A DNA stretch of 64,000 nt from Candidatus Vogelbacteria bacterium (GCA_903878275.1 CAIRHC010000007.1:78482-142481); one strand, 5' to 3'; shown: positions 8,295 through 17,194, counted from the stretch's first letter. The notes: generated from the sequence alone by a model not told the origin. Made by a program: numbers and translations.

Positions 8295-8849
8295 ATGAAA
8301 AAATATCTTTTTGTCTCATTAGTTGTCGCTTCTTTTGTAATTTTGCCGGTGTTTGCCTCGGCACAAGCAGTTTCGTATCATCCAGCGGATACGAATAATA
8401 ATTATAAAATAGAGAAGGATGAATTGGTCTCATACGTTATCTCGTTTCTTTCGCCGACCGGTACCCTTGTTGGGGTGACTTTGTCTCAACTTGCACGAGT
8501 TGTTACTTTCTACAATGCTGGAGGTTATAAAGTTTATAATGGTACTAGCGATGGTTTTGCTCCTAGCCCAGCTTTTCACCCGGCTGATACCAATAAAAAC
8601 TATAAAATAGAATTATCCGAGCTGAATGCTTATCGAGAACTTTATAATCAAAAAATGATAACTTTAACTCAAGTATCAAGGGCAATTACTTTTTATAATG
8701 CCGGAGCTTATAAAGTTGATCCTAGTTCATCTGATGGGTTTGCTCCTCGACGAGTTGTGGTTAGCGAATCAGCCAATAGTGCTCAATTGGCAAGTATTGT
8801 GACCGCGCTGTCTTCTCTGTTGAATGAAATTAAGCAACTTGCAAAATAA
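8295..8849 (+). CDS. secreted protein with two ~65-aa tandem repeats (dockerin/EF-hand-like D.N.N.KIE..EL loops) and a conserved C-terminal amphipathic motif
   Basis: MKKYL signal peptide; repeats YHPADTNNNYKIEKDEL / FHPADTNKNYKIELSEL. Confidence 0.6.
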   Translation: MKKYLFVSLVVASFVILPVFASAQAVSYHPADTNNNYKIEKDELVSYVISFLSPTGTLVGVTLSQLARVVTFYNAGGYKVYNGTSDGFAPSPAFHPADTNKNYKIELSELNAYRELYNQKMITLTQVSRAITFYNAGAYKVDPSSSDGFAPRRVVVSESANSAQLASIVTALSSLLNEIKQLAK

Positions 8850-8878
8850 AACTAAATAAGATTAAGAAATGGAAAAAT

Positions 8879-8906
8879 AACCGCCCGAGGCAAGCCTCGG
8901 GCGGTT
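8879..8906. repeat. REP-like palindrome family 1 copy (likely terminator)
   Basis: aaccgcccgaggcaagcctcgggcggtt. Confidence 0.6.
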
Positions 8907-8940
8907 TGTGTTGCCAGAGCATTTTTTGTATACTAGAAAT

Positions 8941-9345
8941 ATGGAGATAACTCACCAACATAAGCTTGAAGTTGCTAAAATTGCCAAAAAATTCCAATTA
9001 AATCTAGTTGTTATTTTTGGTTCTTTTGCTAATGGAAAACAGCGAGAAGATAGCGATTTAGATATTGCCGTTTTGGGCGACAAAGAAATTTCTTTTAATG
9101 AGCAAATCGGCTTAATAAATGAATTATCTTTAATTTTTAATAAAAACATTGACTTGTCGGTGCTAAACCGAGCGAATCCACTACTACTTTTTCAAGTTAG
9201 CCAGAATTCGGTTATTATTTATGGCAGTCACGAAGAATTTTTGAAGTTTAAACTTTACGCTTTCAATGTCTACAATGATTATGCTCCCTATTTTGCGATG
9301 GAAAATAATTTGAATAAAAAAATAATCAATACTTATGCCAATTGA
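8941..9345 (+). CDS. minimal nucleotidyltransferase (MNT; MntA-like antitoxin)
   Basis: GSFANGK....DSDLD NTase motif. Confidence 0.75.
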   Translation: MEITHQHKLEVAKIAKKFQLNLVVIFGSFANGKQREDSDLDIAVLGDKEISFNEQIGLINELSLIFNKNIDLSVLNRANPLLLFQVSQNSVIIYGSHEEFLKFKLYAFNVYNDYAPYFAMENNLNKKIINTYAN

Positions 9346-9757
9346 TAAAAAACTTATAAGTCGAAAAATTACTTTGATCAACGGTGATTTAAAGAGTTTA
9401 AAAGGCTTAAACAAACTTTCACTCAAAATTTATTTAAGCAACGCGGAGTACGAAACACTGGCGGAAAGATATTTAGAAAGAATAATCGGGCGAATGATTG
9501 ATATTAATTATCATATTTTGTCAGAAAAAGAAAATGAAATGCCCACTGATTTTTACAGTTCTTTTGTTCTGTTGGGCAGAAAAAAGTATTTACCGATAAA
9601 ACTAGCTGAAACGATGGCTGGTTCGGCTGGGTTGCGGAATCGTTTGGCTCACGAGTATGATGAAATTGATGCTAAAAAAGTTTTCGGGGCGATCGATTCT
9701 TGCTTAAAAGATGTACCGAAATACCTAAAGAATATTGTTGCATCGCTGGGTTTGTAA
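9335..9757 (+). CDS. HEPN domain protein (DUF86/HepT-like toxin)
   Basis: RNRLAHEYDEID = HEPN R-x4-6-H motif; overlaps the MNT gene by 11 nt. Confidence 0.7.
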   Translation: MPIDKKLISRKITLINGDLKSLKGLNKLSLKIYLSNAEYETLAERYLERIIGRMIDINYHILSEKENEMPTDFYSSFVLLGRKKYLPIKLAETMAGSAGLRNRLAHEYDEIDAKKVFGAIDSCLKDVPKYLKNIVASLGL

Positions 9758-9762
9758 AAAAT

Positions 9763-9790
9763 AACCGCCCGAGGCTTGCCTCGGGCGGTT
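9763..9790. repeat. REP-like palindrome family 1 copy
   Basis: aaccgcccgaggcttgcctcgggcggtt. Confidence 0.6.
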
Positions 9791-9824
9791 TAGTTATCCA
9801 CCATTATTTCCCTAAAATCTATCA

Positions 9825-9851
9825 GGGGGGGGGGGCTTTATCTGATATACT
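9825..9851 (+). promoter_or_regulatory. poly-G(11) + TGaTATACT promoter module
   Basis: G11 at 9825-9835, then ctttatctgatatact. Confidence 0.5.
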
Positions 9852-9914
9852 GAATAAAATATTCGGCATTTTTAAGTTTTTAAAATTTATTATTAATAAC
9901 TAATTACAAAAATA

Positions 9915-12629
9915 ATGAAAAAATATCTTTTAGGTTTTTTACTCGTCGCTTCTTTGGTGGTGCTTCCGTCGGTGTCTCAAGCTGCTGAAGATTTAACGGT
10001 TACTTTGTATGGTTCGGGTTTGACGAAGGGTGTGGTCGGTGAGCCAGTGGTCCAAACCAGTTTTTCGGTCATGGTCACGCCAAACAACGGTGATGTTTAT
10101 TTGTATACGGGTGGGATATTAGGCATTCAACTTATTCAAGATGGAGGTCGCCCAATGCCCGATAATTGTACTTATAGCCAGAGCCTTACGGGGACATTGC
10201 CTATAGTTACGCATCCTCTAGGAAGCCAATATTATAAACTTGCCAGAGGCACCACTGCTCGTTTCAATGCATCTGTTTATTGTAAGATCAGTCAAATGCA
10301 TCCTGGTACTTATTATGGAAAACTTAGTCACGTAACATATAGCAAGACTGATCCTACGACAACAAACAGTTGGTATGATCAAAATATAGAAAACATCAGG
10401 ACACCAGCATCTATAAATATGTATGTTCTCGGCGAGACTGGTCCGTGGATTAGTTTGGCTGTGGCTAAGGCTGTTCAAGGTGGTTATGAGATTGTTTTAA
10501 CAGGAGAAAGATTGGGTCAGGTAAGAAGCGTGTTCCTGAACAACAAAACATACACTCCCTCAGCCAAACCTGGTGACTCTGTAAGTTTTTTTGCCAGTAT
10601 TGCTGATTTACCTGCCGGTAATTATCCTAGTTATGCTAATTTCTCTGGTGGTAAAAGTAATAATTTTTATCTGATGGTTGGAGGTAGTTCGATTGGAATT
10701 ATTTCACCCAATGGAGGGGAAAATTTAAATGAAGGTTTCGATTATCCTATAAGATGGACAAATTATAATATCACCTCGCCAACCGTTAACGTGGGAATTG
10801 AAAGATATGATAGTTCTGGGGCGTCTCAAGGTTCAACAAATATTATCACTGTCCCAACTACACAAAACAATTCCTATCTTTGGAGGGTTAATCCAAATTT
10901 AGCTTGGCAGGGAACACCGGTGAATCCTTCTTCTGGCCCTTTTAAGTATAAAATTTATGTTAATACTCCAGTCGGTGTTTCCCCAGTTGTTTCTGATTAT
11001 AGTGATAATTATTTTACTATAGCTGCATTAAATCCGACAGCCAAAGTCGCTGTCACCTCCCCAAAAGGAGGAGAGTCATTAGCTCAAGGCTCTACTTATA
11101 ATATTACGTGGAATGCTGCTAGTACTGTCACTAAAGTTGCCATCAGTCTTCTTAAGGGTGATATCGTTCGCTCTACTTCTATTATCAATCCGGTATCAGC
11201 TTCGGCGGGAACTTATGCTTGGAAAGTTGGAAACACCGCAGCGGGAATGATGGAGCCTGGGACTGATTATCGAATCAAAGTTTATGGTGTGACCGATGCC
11301 GGTGTCCCTATTGCGGATGCTAACAGTACCAGTAATTATTTCAGTATTGTGGTATCAGCACCAGCGACCGCTCCCACCATTAATAGTATTACTCCAAACA
11401 CCGCACCGATCGGAACTGCTTCTCGGGTAATCATCCGAGGCTTAAATTTCAGTATCGGTGATACTGTGTATCGTTTTGACGGAGAAATTCAAAGTCAACC
11501 ATTCTGTACTATCGGCGTTAACGCCAATGGGAACTACGACTGTCTTCCTGCTAAACTACCCGCTGGTGCGTACAAGCTTGCGGTGGTAAACTCTCGTGGG
11601 ACGAGCAATAAAGTGGATTTTACTTTTACTCCAGCTACGGCTATACCCACTCTTTCTGTGTCGCTAGATCCTTCTAACCCAACCAGACAAAACATCGGTG
11701 CGGGATCTATTGATCAAGTTTTTGTTAGAATTAAAGTTACCGCCGGATCGATGGATGTTAATAATCTTCAAGGAATCCAACTTGGTTCAGATTCTGCTAA
11801 TGCCAATGATTTTATAACCAACATAAAAGTTTTTGATGGGGCAAATCAGTTGGGTGGAACCATCTCTGGGTTGGACAATAATGGAAAAATTTTTTATAAA
11901 TGGACTTATCCTACTGGCGTAATGATTCCAGCTGGTACCTCTAAGATTCTGACCATTGTCGCCGAAGTGAAATCGACAGCTTCTAGCAATAGCAATTTTC
12001 GTTTAGGTATAACTGGCTGGAATTTTGTTTTTCCGGGGACTGCTGTGGAGCCGTTCGGGACACCGATATATGGTAATTATATGACGATAACGGCTTTGAC
12101 AGATCAGCCGACAATCACCGCAGTAGCAATGGCTTTACCAAATTGTTCTCTTGGTGCGATCAACTGTACTTGGCAGGCGGGGACAGATGGATATTATCTT
12201 TGGGGTTACCTTAATCCTAATACTCCGACCGGTAATACCGTCTCGGTTAGTCTTTGTGCCCCAGACGGAATAACCTGTACGATAGCAAAAGATGCTTCAC
12301 TTAAGGATCTCAACAAAGTACCGTCAAAAACTGGAACCGGATTAGGTAACCTGAATTCTGATAAGGCACCGCTTGGTCGTGGTGTTTTAACCAACCCAGA
12401 TCTGGTGGGAGGGAAGAATCCTGTTATCGTCAATAATCAGTCAACCTTAAAAATCTGCCCAACCAATGCCGACGGTTCGCCTGTGACTAGTGGTATTTGC
12501 AAGGTTAGTCCGGTTTTTACCATTACTCCGCCAGCTACCGCTAGTAATTCTCTGGTGAGTCGACAGTTGGCAAGTATTATTACAGTTTTGTCGGATTTAT
12601 TGGCGAAGATTCGGGGATTGGCTTGGTAA
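9915..12629 (+). CDS. large secreted multi-domain surface protein (Ig-like SPNGGE..W..ITW domains, IPT/TIG-like module)
   Basis: 904 aa, signal peptide MKKYLLGFLLVASLVVLPSVSQA; shares a ~260-nt module with the 19947 gene. Confidence 0.7.
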   Translation: MKKYLLGFLLVASLVVLPSVSQAAEDLTVTLYGSGLTKGVVGEPVVQTSFSVMVTPNNGDVYLYTGGILGIQLIQDGGRPMPDNCTYSQSLTGTLPIVTHPLGSQYYKLARGTTARFNASVYCKISQMHPGTYYGKLSHVTYSKTDPTTTNSWYDQNIENIRTPASINMYVLGETGPWISLAVAKAVQGGYEIVLTGERLGQVRSVFLNNKTYTPSAKPGDSVSFFASIADLPAGNYPSYANFSGGKSNNFYLMVGGSSIGIISPNGGENLNEGFDYPIRWTNYNITSPTVNVGIERYDSSGASQGSTNIITVPTTQNNSYLWRVNPNLAWQGTPVNPSSGPFKYKIYVNTPVGVSPVVSDYSDNYFTIAALNPTAKVAVTSPKGGESLAQGSTYNITWNAASTVTKVAISLLKGDIVRSTSIINPVSASAGTYAWKVGNTAAGMMEPGTDYRIKVYGVTDAGVPIADANSTSNYFSIVVSAPATAPTINSITPNTAPIGTASRVIIRGLNFSIGDTVYRFDGEIQSQPFCTIGVNANGNYDCLPAKLPAGAYKLAVVNSRGTSNKVDFTFTPATAIPTLSVSLDPSNPTRQNIGAGSIDQVFVRIKVTAGSMDVNNLQGIQLGSDSANANDFITNIKVFDGANQLGGTISGLDNNGKIFYKWTYPTGVMIPAGTSKILTIVAEVKSTASSNSNFRLGITGWNFVFPGTAVEPFGTPIYGNYMTITALTDQPTITAVAMALPNCSLGAINCTWQAGTDGYYLWGYLNPNTPTGNTVSVSLCAPDGITCTIAKDASLKDLNKVPSKTGTGLGNLNSDKAPLGRGVLTNPDLVGGKNPVIVNNQSTLKICPTNADGSPVTSGICKVSPVFTITPPATASNSLVSRQLASIITVLSDLLAKIRGLAW

Positions 12630-12654
12630 GAAAAATATAGATTAAGAAACGGGA

Positions 12655-12686
12655 AAACCCCGCCGAGGCAAGCCTCGGCGGGGTTT
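12655..12686. repeat. REP-like palindrome family 1 variant / terminator
   Basis: aaaaccccgccgaggcaagcctcggcggggtttt. Confidence 0.6.
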
Positions 12687-12720
12687 TGCTTTTTGGTTAT
12701 GTTGGCGTTATGATTAGGAA

Positions 12721-13326
12721 ATGGAAAATCTCAAAACCTTTATTTTTATTGGTCGGTCGGGAAGTGGCAAGGGCACTCAAGCCGAGCTTCTTGTAAATCA
12801 CTTCAAAGAAACCGGTGTGATCAATGACCAAAATCCACTTTTTTACCTAGAGACCGGTCATCAGTTTCGTGAATTTATTACCAGCACTAGTCATACTGGG
12901 CGCTTGGCAAAAGCCGTGATGGATAAGGCAGAGCGCCAGCCGGATTTTTTGGCAGTGTGGTTGTGGTCGCATATGTTTGTGGAAAATATTGTCGGTGATG
13001 AGCATTTGTTTTTGGATGGCACACCACGTTCACTTAATGAAGCGCGAACTCTCGACACAGCGATGACTTTTTATAGCCGAAAAAATATTTGTGTTGTTTA
13101 TTTGGACGTCTCACGTGAAGAATCAAAACGGCGAATGGAAGAGCGTAGTCGGGCTGATGATAAAAAAGTTTCGGATATTGAAACTCGCCTGAATTGGTTT
13201 GATACCGATGTCTTGCCGGCGGTAAAATTCTACGAAGATAATTCCCGTTATCATTTTTTGAAAATAAATGGCGAACAGACACGAGAGAAAATTCACGAAG
13301 ATATCGTTTCGGCGTTGCCAAAATAA
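12721..13326 (+). CDS. adk: adenylate kinase (short type)
   Basis: GRSGSGKGTQA P-loop, LDGTPR motif; the usual gene after secY. Confidence 0.7.
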   Translation: MENLKTFIFIGRSGSGKGTQAELLVNHFKETGVINDQNPLFYLETGHQFREFITSTSHTGRLAKAVMDKAERQPDFLAVWLWSHMFVENIVGDEHLFLDGTPRSLNEARTLDTAMTFYSRKNICVVYLDVSREESKRRMEERSRADDKKVSDIETRLNWFDTDVLPAVKFYEDNSRYHFLKINGEQTREKIHEDIVSALPK

Positions 13327-13331
13327 AATTT

Positions 13332-14096
13332 ATGATTAAATTAAAAACTCCCGAACAGATAGAAATTTTGCGGGCTGGAGGCGAAAGATTGGCTAAGATT
13401 TTGGCGACGGTGGCGCGCGAAGTCAAAGCTGGCGTGGAAACTCGAGCACTTGACGATTTGGCGCAAAAACTTATTTTGGCGGGAGGTGATAAGCCCGCTT
13501 TTTTGAATTACCGACCAGCTGGGTCACGTCTGGCCTATCCAGCCTCTCTTTGTGTTTCGATCAACGAAGAAATTGTTCACGGCATTCCGAGTAATCGGAA
13601 AATTGCCGACAGTGATGTGGTAAGTATCGACCTTGGTCTGATTCACAATGGAATGTACACCGATATGGCAGTGACAGTGGCTGTGGGCGAGGTAGATAAA
13701 ATAAAAAAGAAAATGATTGAAGTGGCGCGCGAGGCTCTGAACGTGGGAATTAAAGAGGCAAAAATTGGGGGACATATCGGTGATATTAGTCAGGCAATCG
13801 AAGATTTTATTATCGGTCAAGGTTTCGATGTTGTCTTAGACTTGGCTGGTCACGGTGTCGGTTTCCAAGCCCACGAAGATCCGTTTATTCCCAATTATGG
13901 TAAAAAAGGTAAAGGGGAAAAAATCGAAGAAGGTTTGGTTTTGGCGATTGAGCCGATGGTGACACTCGGTGATGGAAAAATAAAACTGGAAAAAGATGGT
14001 TTTACTTTTACGACTCGCAACAAAGAATGGTGCGCGCATTTTGAGCATACGATTGCTGTTACCAAAAATGGTCCAAAAATTTTAACAAAATTATAA
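13332..14096 (+). CDS. map: type I methionine aminopeptidase
   Basis: 254 aa; pita-bread fold motifs; position after adk. Confidence 0.88.
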   Translation: MIKLKTPEQIEILRAGGERLAKILATVAREVKAGVETRALDDLAQKLILAGGDKPAFLNYRPAGSRLAYPASLCVSINEEIVHGIPSNRKIADSDVVSIDLGLIHNGMYTDMAVTVAVGEVDKIKKKMIEVAREALNVGIKEAKIGGHIGDISQAIEDFIIGQGFDVVLDLAGHGVGFQAHEDPFIPNYGKKGKGEKIEEGLVLAIEPMVTLGDGKIKLEKDGFTFTTRNKEWCAHFEHTIAVTKNGPKILTKL

Positions 14097-14112
14097 GGAT
14101 TAAACTTGCTTA

Positions 14113-14140
14113 CCGGAATTTTGCCCAGGCAAAATTCCGG
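14113..14140. repeat. REP-like palindrome family 2 (ccggaattttgcc-cag-gcaaaattccgg)
   Basis: same palindrome family as six copies in the pilin locus. Confidence 0.6.
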
Positions 14141-14156
14141 CAGGTTAAATATTATT

Positions 14157-14714
14157 ATGATAAAAGAAGAACAAACACTGATTGTCGTCAAACCCGATGG
14201 CGTCAATCGTGGTCTGGTCGGGGAAATCATTGCTCGTTTTGAAAAAGCTAGGTTCAAAATTATAGCGTTGAAGATGGTCGAAGTCGAAAAAACTTTAGTG
14301 CAAAAACACTACAACCACGACGACGCTTGGATGGAAAAAGTCGGCGAGCGGACGCGGGAATTTTACGAAAAACATGGCGAAGACGAGGGTGAGAAAATTG
14401 GCAAGATGACAAATAAAGAAATTGGTAAGATGATTGAAGATTGGAGTTGCGACTATATGACAGACGGTCGAGTAGTAGCGGTGGTCTTGCAAGGTCACAA
14501 TGCCATTCAAACGGTCCGTAAAATGGTTGGCGCCACTTATCCGAGCGAAGCTTTGCCGGGAACCGTCCGTGGTGATTATTCAAACGAATCACCCCTCTCC
14601 GCCAACATCAACAAACGTTGTGCCCACAATATCATTCACGCCTCCGGCAATCCCGAAGAAGCCAAATTCGAAATTGACCTATGGTTTAAAAATGAAGAAA
14701 TTTGCCAGAAGTAA
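14157..14714 (+). CDS. ndk: nucleoside diphosphate kinase with ~45-aa internal insertion
   Basis: TLIVVKPDGV, NIIHAS motifs; start set after the palindrome. Confidence 0.75.
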   Translation: MIKEEQTLIVVKPDGVNRGLVGEIIARFEKARFKIIALKMVEVEKTLVQKHYNHDDAWMEKVGERTREFYEKHGEDEGEKIGKMTNKEIGKMIEDWSCDYMTDGRVVAVVLQGHNAIQTVRKMVGATYPSEALPGTVRGDYSNESPLSANINKRCAHNIIHASGNPEEAKFEIDLWFKNEEICQK

Positions 14715-14740
14715 AAGGTTTGAATTATAATAAAGGGTAG

Positions 14741-14872
14741 ATCGTTTGATATAGTATTTCTAGCACAAATCATTTTTAACGGGAGTTTAATTATTACGAC
14801 TGGCTTTGGTCATATCGTTTAGAACACCCACTTGGATTTCCTCTAGGAAATACTATTATCAAACGATCTAAC
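14741..14872. repeat. ~28-bp imperfect inverted repeat flanking ~75 bp (gtagatcgtttgatatagtatttctag ... ctaggaaatactattatcaaacgatctaac)
   Basis: read directly; possible structured RNA or miniature element. Confidence 0.55.
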
Positions 14873-14931
14873 AAAAAAGTCACTACGGTGGCTTTTTTGC
14901 TTCTTCGCTGGTTTTTCGTTAGACTTAATGT

Positions 14932-15372
14932 ATGATTTTGAAAGTTTTTATTGGTCTCGAAGCTGTTATTCTTCCGCTACTCGGTATTTTAAACTATCTG
15001 GCGTTTAAGAATTATTGGTATTGGCGCTTTCGCTGGTTTGATCAGCCGATGCATTTTCTTGGCGGGCTAGCCTTGGGGCTTTTTGGAATAATCATCTATT
15101 TGTATTTTTTCAGAAACAAAACCGGAACAAAAAAAATCGATTGGAAAATGTGGCTTGTTGGTTTGTTTCCCGTCGCGCTTGTTGGTATAATATGGGAAGG
15201 TCTGGAATTTAAAGCTGATAAAATTCATTTGGCGAATGTTTATTTTAAAACTTTCGGAATGGTTTATCACGGACTTGCCGAATCGCTAAAAGATCTCTTA
15301 TTTAATTTGATTGGGGCTTTAACGGCGATTCTATTATTTTTAATCATTACTTTATGCAAGAAAAAAAACTAA
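14932..15372 (+). CDS. hypothetical integral membrane protein
   Basis: 146 aa, 4 predicted TM helices. Confidence 0.5.
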   Translation: MILKVFIGLEAVILPLLGILNYLAFKNYWYWRFRWFDQPMHFLGGLALGLFGIIIYLYFFRNKTGTKKIDWKMWLVGLFPVALVGIIWEGLEFKADKIHLANVYFKTFGMVYHGLAESLKDLLFNLIGALTAILLFLIITLCKKKN

Positions 15373-16718
15373 AAATTACTTTTTGTGGTGGTGTCGGAGA
15401 GGTGACCGGCGCCAATTTTTTACTCGAAGCCGAAGGTCTACCCAAGATGCTTGTCGATTGTGGTTTGTTTCAGGCGGGCAAAACTTTTGAAGATAAAAAT
15501 AAAGATGATTTTTCGTATAATCCGTCAGAAGTGGAATATCTTTTTGTTACTCACGCGCACCTGGATCATATCGGGCGTATTCCGTTTTTAGTCCGCAAAG
15601 GCTTCCGCGGTAAAATTTACTCGACGCCACCGACCAGAGAGATCGCCGAATATGCCCTGATGGACAGCTTGCATTTGCTTCAAAAAGAAAACGATGGCGG
15701 GGAACCTTTTTTTGATGAAAAAGATGTAAAGCAGACAATGTCGCAATGGGAGACTGTCGGCTATCACGAGCCGATTAAAATTGGTGATTTGGTGGTTGTG
15801 ATGCGAGATGCCGGGCACATCTTAGGTTCGACAATGTATGAGTTTAATTTAAATGGTAAAAAATTAGTGTTTACTGGTGACCTCGGTAATTCACCTTCAC
15901 CGCTTTTGAAAGATACCGAACAAATTACCGACGCTGATTATCTGGTGATGGAAAGTGTCTATGGTGATCGCAATCACGAAGATCGCGCCCAACGCAAAAA
16001 TATTTTGGAAGATGTGATCGAAGATACTGTCCGTTCCAATGGTACCTTGATGATTCCGGCTTTTTCGATCGAGCGAACTCAAGAAATTTTATATGAAATC
16101 GAGGGGATGATGCAAAGCTCGCGGATTCCATTGGTGCCGGTCTTTCTTGATTCTCCTCTTGGTATCGAAATCACGGCGGTCTACAAAAAATACGCCGATT
16201 ACTTAAATGATGAGGTGCGAAAATTGATAAAAAGTGGTGATGAGATTTTCCAATTTCCGCAATTACACAAGACCTTAAGTACCGCCGAATCCAAAGCGAT
16301 TTTTAATGGCAACCCTAAAAAAATAATTATTGCTGGCTCGGGAATGTCCACTGGTGGGCGGATTTTGCACCACGAACGACATTATTTGGGTGACAAAAAT
16401 AGCACTTTACTTTTGATCGGTTATCAGGCGGTCGGTAGTTTGGGTCGAGTTATTCAAGATGGCGCCCGGACCGTGAAAATTATGGGCGAAGAGATCGCGG
16501 TTAATGCCAAAGTCGCAAACATTCACGGCTACTCGTCTCACAAAGATTCTGATCATTTGCTCGAATTTGTTCGCGACACCGCCGATACTGTGAAAAAAGT
16601 TTTTGTTTTAATGGGCGAACCGAAAGCGTCATTGTTTTTGGTTCAGCGTCTGCGAGATTATCTCGGAGTTGATAGCTTGGTGCCTGCCGAGGGGCAATCG
16701 ATCGAAATAAGTTTCTAA
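15354..16718 (+). CDS. MBL-fold beta-CASP ribonuclease (RNase J/CPSF-like)
   Basis: HAHLDH metallo-beta-lactamase motif; ~450-aa beta-CASP architecture. Confidence 0.75.
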   Translation: MQEKKLKITFCGGVGEVTGANFLLEAEGLPKMLVDCGLFQAGKTFEDKNKDDFSYNPSEVEYLFVTHAHLDHIGRIPFLVRKGFRGKIYSTPPTREIAEYALMDSLHLLQKENDGGEPFFDEKDVKQTMSQWETVGYHEPIKIGDLVVVMRDAGHILGSTMYEFNLNGKKLVFTGDLGNSPSPLLKDTEQITDADYLVMESVYGDRNHEDRAQRKNILEDVIEDTVRSNGTLMIPAFSIERTQEILYEIEGMMQSSRIPLVPVFLDSPLGIEITAVYKKYADYLNDEVRKLIKSGDEIFQFPQLHKTLSTAESKAIFNGNPKKIIIAGSGMSTGGRILHHERHYLGDKNSTLLLIGYQAVGSLGRVIQDGARTVKIMGEEIAVNAKVANIHGYSSHKDSDHLLEFVRDTADTVKKVFVLMGEPKASLFLVQRLRDYLGVDSLVPAEGQSIEISF

Positions 16719-16742
16719 ATAATGCAAAATTGAAAAATCAAA

Positions 16743-17135
16743 ATGGAAAATGACAAGGCAAAATGTCAAAATGATAAAGAAAAATTCAAAAACGAGTTTA
16801 AAAGAAGAATTTATAGTTGGGTATTGAGATTAATAAAGTTCATTGATTGCTTACCTAAGAATCAGAGCGCTAATGTCATAGGCAAACAATTGATAAGAAG
16901 TGGAACAAGTATTTTAGCTAATTACGTTTAGGCAAATTCTGCTAGCTCAAAGAAAGATTTTATAAATTTTTTTACTTACTCATTAAAATCAGCTAACGAA
17001 TCAAAAGTCTGGATATCCCTACTTAAAGATACTGGTCAAGGAGAGATAAATGAGTTAGAGTATTTATTGAAAGAGCTGGTTGAAATATCAAATGTGGTGG
17101 CGAGTAGCATATTAACAATGAAAGGGCGTAAGTAA
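16743..17135 (+). pseudogene. four-helix-bundle protein (23S rRNA IVS-protein family) interrupted by an in-frame TAG at 16929
   Basis: ..IGKQLIRSGTSILANYV-TAG-ANSASSKKDFINF..SANESKVWISLL matches the family across the stop. Confidence 0.6.
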
Positions 17136-17194
17136 TTTTATAATTTTGTAAATGTCATTTTTCATTTTGATTTTTACATTTTAAATTAATAAAT

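Noticed and set aside
14106-14156. N-terminal extension of ndk (MLTGILPRQNSGRL..)
   Set aside because: The extension is a translation of the CCGGAATTTTGCC..GGCAAAATTCCGG palindrome; the real start is taken at ATG 14157.
16929-16931. Alternative genetic code (stop-codon reassignment) suggested by the in-frame TAG
   Set aside because: All ribosomal and housekeeping genes are full length under the standard code, and several end with TAG (e.g. rplV). A pseudogene or local read-through is more likely.
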